A DNA stretch of 64,000 nucleotides, from the NCBI GenBank assembly GCA_944381175.1, contig CALWKD010000004.1:76939-140938 (forward strand), in the 5' to 3' direction. Source of the stretch: an uncultured Clostridia bacterium (GTDB taxonomy: Bacteria; Bacillota; Clostridia; Christensenellales; UBA1242). The notes beneath the pieces were generated by a model that made no database searches, was not told where the DNA came from, and worked only from the letters and a program-made list of their open reading frames with translations. Shown piece by piece: positions 56,660-64,000 of this stretch. Every line of letters begins with the position of its first letter. Within the stretch, counting starts at the first letter, position 1. Made by a program: the position numbers and the translations under genes.

Positions 56660-59600
56660 ATGTCTATGGTGAATAATGGTAAACTGAAGAAGATAAAGTT
56701 TTTGTGTTTGTTTGCATTTGCATTCTTGCTTTGCTCAATTTCTTTGCTTGGCATACCTGTTGTGCAAGAAGCGAGTGCAAACGTGAGCGAAATTGAAGAA
56801 TTTGAAGAATTTTATCAGTCATTTATGCAAATGGTGCAGGAGTATGACGTTGAGGAGCAGACAATCTCAACGATGAGTGCAAACGGCACTGTTGAAGAAG
56901 AACCAAACTATCAAACAAGACTTATTGTGATGTCTGACAGTGCTGTTGATGATTATGGCGCGGTCGCATCTTGCCATTATAAAAATTATTATTATTTTCA
57001 ATATGAAGACTACGAAACGACCGACGAGGCGTATGATTATTATCTTGGGCTTGACGGCGTTCAGGTTATGTATGATTACAAAACGACCATAAACGATGAC
57101 TTCACAACTGGAGAATACATAACCATTGATTCGTCGAGTTACAATTCTTGGGGTTGGAAAACCCAAAACGATTATCTCGGAGCAAATTCATATCTCACCA
57201 CTTTGATGGAAACTGTCGGCGAGGCAAACTTGAACAGTCAAGTTGTCGCAGTTCTTGACACGGGAATAAACACCTCTCACACTTTGTTTAGAGGAAGAAT
57301 TTTGACGGAGTATGCCAGAAATTTCACTCCAATTTCGCCATACACTTCAATAATCGACGCAAGTGACTATGAGGACGATAACGGACACGGCACTCATGTA
57401 AGCGGAATTATCGCAGAAATAACTCCGTCTGATGTGATGATTTTGCCTCTTAAAGTGCTTGATGCAGATGGAAACGGCTATGTTTCTTACATCACCAATG
57501 CGATTGAGTATGCGTTGAGTGTCAAGGACAGCATTGAGGCGGAAGGTTATGAATTTAAGGTTATGAATATGAGCATCGGAGTCTCATCTTCTTCCTCAAC
57601 AGAGCAACAAGTCTCCGCAAATGCAACCATAAGCAAACTGAATTTGAGTGCGTGGGTGAACGAGGCGTATTCGCAAGGGGTGCTCTCTGTTGTGTCTGCA
57701 GGAAACACCGAGGGAGGAGGAAAACAGATAAGTTCGACTCCTGCAAACGTTTCAAACGCCATTGTTGTCAGTGCACTTATGCAAACAAATTCAAGTTCTG
57801 GTGCTTTGATGTATGATTATTCCTACAGCGACTATGGTCCAACAGTCGATTTTGCCGCACCAGGAACTTCAATTAAGAGTGCGTGGATAGGGAGTTCTTA
57901 TGCTACAATGTCCGCGTCTGGAACGTCTATGGCAGCACCTCACGTGACGGCTTGTGTGGCACTTTTGTATCTCAATCCAATGTTTGAAAATTATTCTTTT
58001 GAAGAGTTGAACACTCTTTTGCAAGAGAATGTAAACAGGAGTTTGATTTACACTGGAAATAGGTATGCCTTGTCAAGCAGTGCCGTAAGAAACAATTATT
58101 ATGGATATGGAATTATAAACATCAAAGAAATCGGGCTTGTCATTGAGGGTGAAGTTGTGTTTGAAGAGGTGAGTTCAAGTGATGATGAAATTGTCATCAA
58201 ACTCAGTTGCACAACTCCTGTTTCTGCTGGGCAGACGGTGGAAATTTATTACACAACTGATGAGTCAGCAGAAAGCGTGAGCAGTGCAAATGGAACGCTT
58301 TACAGAAATGGTTCAAACATCTCCATTTCAAAATCCACAAGATTTTTGGCGGCAGCATTTATCAAGCAAAATGATATGGTCGTCAAGAGAAGCGAAGTGG
58401 CAATCGAGACTTTTTATGTCGGAAATCAAGATATTGAATCAGCCTACACAATCTCTTCTGGGGTGTTGACTCAATACAGCGGAACGGAACTTTCCACTCT
58501 TGTTGTGCCAGAAGAAATTTCTGGGCAAAGAGTGATTGGGGTGAACAGCAGGGCATTTTCAAATTCTCCTGTTGAAGTTTTGTATTTGCCTTCGACTATT
58601 TTGAAGATTTATGATTATGCGTTTGACTCAAACACAAAACTGACTGAAATTCATTGTGATAGCGATGCCGTTGTTGTAGGGAATTACGCTTTCCAAAGAT
58701 GTTCAAATTTGAAAAAAGTTGACATCCCAAATATAACCTCTTTGGGAGCACTCGCGTTCGCTTATTCCGGCATTGAGGAAATTTCCTTGCCAAATGTGGT
58801 CACGATAGATAAAAACGTCTTTTCTGCTTCTTCTTTGAAAACCATAATGATTGGGCAGGACATAGAAAGCATTGGAAGTCACACTCAGATATCTGTCCAA
58901 GAAGTTTATGGATATGCAGGCACACCAGCAGAAGATTTTGCTGTGGAGTTTGACGCACAATTCTTTGATTTGACTTTGAGTATCACAAAAAATTTCGGGA
59001 TACAAAAAGTTGTCAGAGAGGGAGGAAGTTTGGAGTTGAAACTCCAATACTCTGGCTATGATGTGGAGGTTGCTGTGGAAACTGGTGGTGCGGAATATAT
59101 CCAAAGCATCACTTCGGATGAAAATCTTTCCACTTTGACCTTGTCGTTTAAGAACCTTTCAATTGGGAATTATTCAATAAAGGTCGATTTGACAGATAGA
59201 TTTGGCGTGGAAGTTTCAAGCAACATACTGAGGCTTGTTGTGGTCGACGAAAACGCAACTTCTTACACCTTGAGTTATAATGCTGGGAATTTTGATTTGT
59301 TTGTGGATGGAGAACTCGTTGAGGGCGATTTTGAGATTTTCGAGGGGCAGACTTATTCCATAACCTATCAGCCTTCCGCTGGTTACAACATCAATTCAGT
59401 CACTTTGAATGACGAACAAAAAAACAGCAACAGCGGTTTCAGAATTTCAAATGTTCAACAAGATTACAAAATCAACATAAACACCATTGAGCAATCAATT
59501 CTCACGGTGAACTTTAATTCTTCAGTTGGTGATGTGTATGTCGACGGGCAGAAATTGGAAGTCTCTTATTACACAGTTGATAGAGGCTCAAACTTGACAT

Positions 59601-60103
59601 TCACAATCGACAGTGACTATGGATACGCCGTCAAGAAAGTGTTGGTTGACGGTGTGGAACTGGTCGCAAATGAGGACGGGAGTTACACAATCTCGGACAT
59701 CACCGCAAGCAAGGTGGTTGTGGTAGATTTTGAAGAGGCTTATTACACAATCGACATCACTTTTGTAAATTCTTGCGGAAGTTATATTGTCAGCAACGGC
59801 GGAAATCTTTCAAATGTTGCATTTGGAAGCAGTAGGGAGATAACAATCTCTGCATTTGACGGATATGAGATTGACTTCATTTCGGTGGACGGAAAAATTG
59901 TCGATGTTGATGACGGAACTTTTGTGATTGACGAGATTGATTCAGACAAGAATGTCATTGTCTCTTTCAAATCTGCAAAATCTTCCTTCTTCTCAAATGA
60001 CAATTCTGCAATTTTCTACTATTTCATAATTTTCCTTGTTTTGTTTGTTGTTTTTGCAGTTGCAAGCATTGTCGTGTATTTTGTGAGAAAAAAACAAAAA
60101 TAA
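56660..60103 (+). CDS. Subtilisin-like S8 serine protease with BspA-type leucine-rich repeats, Ig-like repeats and C-terminal TM anchor
   Basis: Catalytic triad contexts VAVLDTGI, HGTHVSGII, SGTSMAAPHV. LRR_5-like (AFSNSPVEVLYLPSTILKIYDYAF...). Repeated ~85-aa beta modules. TM FYYFIIFLVLFVVFAVASIVVYF. Confidence 0.9.
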   Translation: MSMVNNGKLKKIKFLCLFAFAFLLCSISLLGIPVVQEASANVSEIEEFEEFYQSFMQMVQEYDVEEQTISTMSANGTVEEEPNYQTRLIVMSDSAVDDYGAVASCHYKNYYYFQYEDYETTDEAYDYYLGLDGVQVMYDYKTTINDDFTTGEYITIDSSSYNSWGWKTQNDYLGANSYLTTLMETVGEANLNSQVVAVLDTGINTSHTLFRGRILTEYARNFTPISPYTSIIDASDYEDDNGHGTHVSGIIAEITPSDVMILPLKVLDADGNGYVSYITNAIEYALSVKDSIEAEGYEFKVMNMSIGVSSSSSTEQQVSANATISKLNLSAWVNEAYSQGVLSVVSAGNTEGGGKQISSTPANVSNAIVVSALMQTNSSSGALMYDYSYSDYGPTVDFAAPGTSIKSAWIGSSYATMSASGTSMAAPHVTACVALLYLNPMFENYSFEELNTLLQENVNRSLIYTGNRYALSSSAVRNNYYGYGIINIKEIGLVIEGEVVFEEVSSSDDEIVIKLSCTTPVSAGQTVEIYYTTDESAESVSSANGTLYRNGSNISISKSTRFLAAAFIKQNDMVVKRSEVAIETFYVGNQDIESAYTISSGVLTQYSGTELSTLVVPEEISGQRVIGVNSRAFSNSPVEVLYLPSTILKIYDYAFDSNTKLTEIHCDSDAVVVGNYAFQRCSNLKKVDIPNITSLGALAFAYSGIEEISLPNVVTIDKNVFSASSLKTIMIGQDIESIGSHTQISVQEVYGYAGTPAEDFAVEFDAQFFDLTLSITKNFGIQKVVREGGSLELKLQYSGYDVEVAVETGGAEYIQSITSDENLSTLTLSFKNLSIGNYSIKVDLTDRFGVEVSSNILRLVVVDENATSYTLSYNAGNFDLFVDGELVEGDFEIFEGQTYSITYQPSAGYNINSVTLNDEQKNSNSGFRISNVQQDYKININTIEQSILTVNFNSSVGDVYVDGQKLEVSYYTVDRGSNLTFTIDSDYGYAVKKVLVDGVELVANEDGSYTISDITASKVVVVDFEEAYYTIDITFVNSCGSYIVSNGGNLSNVAFGSSREITISAFDGYEIDFISVDGKIVDVDDGTFVIDEIDSDKNVIVSFKSAKSSFFSNDNSAIFYYFIIFLVLFVVFAVASIVVYFVRKKQK

Positions 60104-60165
60104 TGATAAATTTCTTTGAATAATAACAAACTTGTGGTATCATATGATTGTGTAAAGGAGGACTT

Positions 60166-60744
60166 ATGTCAACATTAGGAATTGTGTTATTGGCAATCTT
60201 GGGCGTGATTTTGCTTTTGGTTGTTGTGATTGCCATTTATGTTGTGTGCGTTTATAATGCACTCATCAGACTGAAAAACAACGTGGAAGAGGGATATTCA
60301 ACAATGGATGTCTATATGAAGAAAAGATACGACCTCATTCCAAATCTCGTTGAGACAGTCAAAGGTTATGCAAAGCACGAGGAGCAAACTCTTGAGGGGG
60401 TTATGCAGGCGAGATATTCTTGTATGACTGCAAATGACCCAGAGGAAAGGGCAAAAAGCGAAAATATGCTCACTGGGACGCTTAAAACTTTGTTCAATGT
60501 CGCTGAGAATTATCCTCAACTTCAGGCAAACCAAAACTTCATTTCGTTGCAAAACACCTTGAAGAGTTTGGAAGAGGAAATCGCAAATTCCAGAAAATAT
60601 TACAATGGTTGTGTGAAGATTTTCAACAACAAAATTGAGGTTTTCCCATCAAATCTTGTTGCAAAGAGATTTAAGTTTGAAAAGAAAGTTCTCTTTGAAA
60701 TCCCAGATGAAGCGGAGAAAGTTGCTCCAAAAGTTCAATTCTAA
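60166..60744 (+). CDS. LemA family protein
   Basis: N-terminal TM. YNALIRLKNNVEEGYSTMDVYMKKRYDLIPNLVETVKGYAKHE. YPQLQANQNF. RBS AAAGGAGGA. Confidence 0.92.
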   Translation: MSTLGIVLLAILGVILLLVVVIAIYVVCVYNALIRLKNNVEEGYSTMDVYMKKRYDLIPNLVETVKGYAKHEEQTLEGVMQARYSCMTANDPEERAKSENMLTGTLKTLFNVAENYPQLQANQNFISLQNTLKSLEEEIANSRKYYNGCVKIFNNKIEVFPSNLVAKRFKFEKKVLFEIPDEAEKVAPKVQF

Positions 60745-60756
60745 TATAGGTATTCT

Positions 60757-62715
60757 ATGAAGAAATTTTTGCCATTTATCATCAGTGGTGTGGTGGTTTT
60801 GCTTGTCATCTTACTGCCTGTTTTTATTGGCGGAATAACTTCTGGAGTCTATTTGCCAGAAAGAGATTATGGCTATGAGATAACGGCTTATGATGTGGAC
60901 ATCGTGGTGAAAGATGACGGCTCTTATGACATAAACGAAACGATTGATGTGCATTTCACTTCAAGTGATTCTCACGGAATTTATAGGTGGCTTCCTGTCA
61001 TCCAATCTTCCTCATACAACAAAAACGGAAAGGTTGTTGAGAAGAATTTCAGGAGCAAAATCACCGATGTTGAATATCACACTTCGCAATCATCTGAAAA
61101 TACCTTTTTGGTCGATGAATACGAAAGCGGAGGATATTATTTTTTGCAAATGGGTTCGTCCTATTATGTTCCTTATGGCAGTAACTTGACCTATTCTTTT
61201 TCTTATAACTATGACTTTGGAGATGACAGAGAAACTGACCTTGATATGCTGTATTACAACATCATTGGCACGGGTTGGGATACCACAATCTCAAACTTGA
61301 CTTTTTCAATCACATTCCCAAAACCGGTGAGTGATGAATTTGAGTTTTATGTCGGTCGCATAGGGGAGAGTTCTACAAATAGTGAGAAGGTTGAGTATTC
61401 TTTCGACGGCTTGACGCTTGTGGGCAGATATAACGGAACGCTTGACTATGGCGAGGTGGTGACTGTTTTCAAAACTCTTGAAGAAGGGTATTTCAATTAC
61501 GACAAAAGTTATGTTTTTGACATTGTTTTGCTTGTTTTGACTGGTTTGTTTGTGGGCTGTGCGGTTTTGGTTTTCTTGAAGAAACGAAGAAAATCGCCTA
61601 TCATTGAAGTTGTCGAATTTAAAGCACCTGAGGGTATATCTCCGACTGAGGCGGGGCTTATAAACGACGGAAAAGTGACAGGTGACGATTTGTCGGCATT
61701 GCTGGTTTACTGGGCGTCAAAGGGAATTGTTAAAATCAAAAATGACGGAAAGAAAACAGTGATTTTGAGGGTTGCCACGGACGAACAGGTGCAAAATGAC
61801 CTAAAACCACACGAAAAAATCTTGTTTAATGACCTTTTTAGAGGTGGAAAGACGGAGGTTGAGGCGTTTGACTTGGGGCTGAGCGTTGACACGGGTTACA
61901 AATGCAAAACTTCTGTGACTAAAGAGACAAAAAAATATTTTGACAATGGCGCGGAAGGGTGGTTCTCTTTCCTGACTTTCTTTGCAGTTGTGCTTCTTGC
62001 GGTCTTTGTGTTTAAGAGTTATTATCAGTCAGTTTTGAGGGGGCTTGATGTCCTTCTTCAAATATTGATGGCGATTTTGATTGTCGTTGGAGTCTCACTT
62101 ATTCCGAATTTGATGAAATACAAGGACAAATGTTCCAAGAAAAAGTTTTGGCTTCTGTTGGTTTTGGACTTAATTCTCATTTTCGCTCCACTTGTTGTGT
62201 TTATGTTTGTTATGGAAGGCTACATTGACTCTTTTGGGGCGAGGTTCTATCTTTTGTTGGTGCCATCGCTTTTGGTTATCTTCTATCCAAATCTTGAAAG
62301 ATACACAGAGGCGGGAAGAAAAATCTTGGGGCAAATTCGCGGGCTGAAAAATTATATTGAAGTCGCAGAAAAGGACAGAATGGAAATGCTTGTCAAAGAC
62401 AACCCATCACTTTTCTTTGAGGTTTTGCCTTACGCGTATGTGCTTGGTGTCAGCGATGTTTATATGAAGAAATTTGAAGATGTGCAAATTGTTCAGCCAG
62501 AATGGTATCAGTCTAGTGCGGGCGATTGGACGACGTTTATCCTCATCAATCACTTTATGAATCCAATCTCAGTCTCAATGAGAGCGAACTTCACAAGACA
62601 TTTGATTTCAAGTGTTGGAAAGACTGTCGTAAGCACAGGAAAAACTCTTGGCGGTGGAGGCTTTGGCGGACACTCTGGAGGAGGTCACGGCGGTGGCGGT
62701 GGCGGAAGATGGTGA
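60757..62715 (+). CDS. DUF2207-type membrane protein with Gly/His-rich C-terminal tail
   Basis: N-terminal signal-anchor plus extracellular domain (ITAYDVDIVVKDDGSYDINETIDVHF), central TM cluster, tail GGGGFGGHSGGGHGGGGGGRW. Classic LemA-DUF2207 pairing. Confidence 0.85.
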   Translation: MKKFLPFIISGVVVLLVILLPVFIGGITSGVYLPERDYGYEITAYDVDIVVKDDGSYDINETIDVHFTSSDSHGIYRWLPVIQSSSYNKNGKVVEKNFRSKITDVEYHTSQSSENTFLVDEYESGGYYFLQMGSSYYVPYGSNLTYSFSYNYDFGDDRETDLDMLYYNIIGTGWDTTISNLTFSITFPKPVSDEFEFYVGRIGESSTNSEKVEYSFDGLTLVGRYNGTLDYGEVVTVFKTLEEGYFNYDKSYVFDIVLLVLTGLFVGCAVLVFLKKRRKSPIIEVVEFKAPEGISPTEAGLINDGKVTGDDLSALLVYWASKGIVKIKNDGKKTVILRVATDEQVQNDLKPHEKILFNDLFRGGKTEVEAFDLGLSVDTGYKCKTSVTKETKKYFDNGAEGWFSFLTFFAVVLLAVFVFKSYYQSVLRGLDVLLQILMAILIVVGVSLIPNLMKYKDKCSKKKFWLLLVLDLILIFAPLVVFMFVMEGYIDSFGARFYLLLVPSLLVIFYPNLERYTEAGRKILGQIRGLKNYIEVAEKDRMEMLVKDNPSLFFEVLPYAYVLGVSDVYMKKFEDVQIVQPEWYQSSAGDWTTFILINHFMNPISVSMRANFTRHLISSVGKTVVSTGKTLGGGGFGGHSGGGHGGGGGGRW

Positions 62716-62895
62716 TGCAAAACGCCATTGATTGCAAACAAACATTTTTGCAAATTCCCATTTTTTAATTTAAGAGTTATTTTGTGTCAGATTGTTTGAC
62801 AAAAGTTTGTGGAAATGTTTAAATAATAATGAAGAGGAAAAATTTCTTCAGGAAGGAGATATGGAAGTATTTTAGAAAATAAAAATTTATGAAAT

Positions 62896-62927
62896 AAAAA
62901 TCTGTGAAAAGTTATCACAGATTTTTT
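62896..62927. terminator. Bidirectional terminator between convergent genes
   Basis: AAAAATCTGTGA-loop-TCACAGATTTTTT. Confidence 0.75.
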
Positions 62928-62938
62928 GTTTTCATATT

Positions 62939-64000
62939 TTAATGCGCGACAACTCTTTGGTCTTGCTCAATCTCTTGTTTTGGAGTGTCGTGCATCTTTT
63001 TTGGCTTGCTCAGTGTTTGAATTGTTGCACTTGTTGTCGAGTCGTTTTCTTGTGAATTGTTTGTTTTTGTGTTGTCTTTTAATTGCGAGACTTCATTCTT
63101 GGTTTTCTCCAAAGTCTCAAATTTTGAGGTTTCAGTGATTTTGTCTTTTGCTTTGTCCAATGTGTCATTTGCAATATCTTTGATATCCTCTTTGACATTT
63201 TCAGACTTGGCATTTTCAGGCTCAATTTTCTCAACTATGTTGTCTGGATTGACTTTTTCATAGGTCTCGAGTCTCTTCTCAGGCTCTTGTTCTGCATTTG
63301 CAAAAGTTGCAGGTGGCATTGGCACTGGAGCGGTCAGACGATTTCCGTTGTTTGAGCCAGCATAATAATTATTCCCATATCCAAAACCATTGTTTCCATA
63401 GCCATATCCGTTGTTGCCGTAAGGAGCGAAGCCGTTTCTGTATCCATTGAAGCCGTTATATCCGTTGTAACCATTGTATCTGTTTCCGCCATATGTGTCG
63501 ATGTTGCGATAATTTGGTCCATATGTGTCGGTGTTTCGTGAAGAGTTAAACCTATTTAAGCGGTTGTAATTTCTGTTGTAGGAATATGGGTTGTTTGCGT
63601 AATTGTTGCGATTTTTTCTTGGTTTAGGACTCTGTGTGGTGTTTTCATCTGTTGAGTCCTCGTCTGTGGTGTTATTGTTGTAGGTGTCGATATTTTTTGT
63701 GAGAAGAGATTTTGTTTGCTTTTGGTCGGAAGTTTCTTCGCTTGTGGTGTTTTGTTGCTCTTGGTCTTGAGGAGTGCAATTTTCACAATCAAGATTTAAA
63801 CATCTTTCAATCTCATCAAGAGTGTTTAAAATGTTTTCATAATAAGCCGAGCGAATGTTTGAATTGCAGGCGAGGCGGTTGTATTTTGCGTAAAGTTTGT
63901 CCTCATTTTTGCTGACATTCTTTTTCATTGAAGAAATTGCTTTTGCGGATGAATTCATTTCGTGCTTGGTGTTGGTGACGGACGATGTGTATTTGTTTAA
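62939..64000 (-). CDS. Low-complexity Asn/Tyr/Gly-rich protein (partial or full; frame stays open to the window edge)
   Basis: Reading frame is open from 64000 and the first ATG is at 63958. The central region reads NRNYNRLNRF...YGGNRYNGYNGYNGFNGYRNGFAPYGNNGYGYGNNGFGYGNNYY. Acidic/Lys-rich C-terminal third. Confidence 0.5.
   Translation of the reverse strand, partial: LNKYTSSVTNTKHEMNSSAKAISSMKKNVSKNEDKLYAKYNRLACNSNIRSAYYENILNTLDEIERCLNLDCENCTPQDQEQQNTTSEETSDQKQTKSLLTKNIDTYNNNTTDEDSTDENTTQSPKPRKNRNNYANNPYSYNRNYNRLNRFNSSRNTDTYGPNYRNIDTYGGNRYNGYNGYNGFNGYRNGFAPYGNNGYGYGNNGFGYGNNYYAGSNNGNRLTAPVPMPPATFANAEQEPEKRLETYEKVNPDNIVEKIEPENAKSENVKEDIKDIANDTLDKAKDKITETSKFETLEKTKNEVSQLKDNTKTNNSQENDSTTSATIQTLSKPKKMHDTPKQEIEQDQRVVAH

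Overview
This is an AT-rich chromosomal segment of a Firmicutes/Clostridia-type endospore former. That assignment is my inference from gene content and synteny; no database search or folding program could be run, so all calls rest on motifs read from the translations and sequence. The window holds about 50 protein genes, 2 tRNAs and RNase P RNA. The backbone is conserved housekeeping and sporulation genes: class A PBP (partial) | miaB-mutS-mutL-miaA | SpoIIM-like + DacB-like | scpA-scpB | SpoIVFB-like M50 protease | mnmA | TetR + fhs | degV | ylbJ | pta-ackA | rpmF | plsX-rnc-smc-ftsY | pro-sigK | rnpB | rarA | valS | LemA-DUF2207. Accessory genes are interspersed: a membrane class III cyclase-like protein, a HIT-RNase HI fusion, a YdcK-like beta-helix protein, a divergent DAC-fold protein, a small XRE cassette, a catalytic-His-less E2-type acyltransferase, an orphan phage terminase large subunit with a sigma-r4-like regulator, GLUG/SH3/S8-LRR surface proteins, and a four-helix-bundle gene. 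The most unusual content is non-coding. (1) Upstream of tRNA-Ser(GGA), two tandem ~188-nt inserts are each bounded by the first 21 nt of the tRNA, and each carries an inverted 17-nt copy of the tRNA D-arm spanning the junction. (2) A structured ~70-95-nt module forms the P12 arm of RNase P RNA and recurs, with compensatory changes, 8 nt upstream of the ancestral tRNA-Ser start. (3) A family of bulged hairpin repeats is shared by the same two stable-RNA loci. (4) Short direct repeats bracket two small gene cassettes (XRE; four-helix-bundle next to an apparent tRNA-Leu(AAG)).
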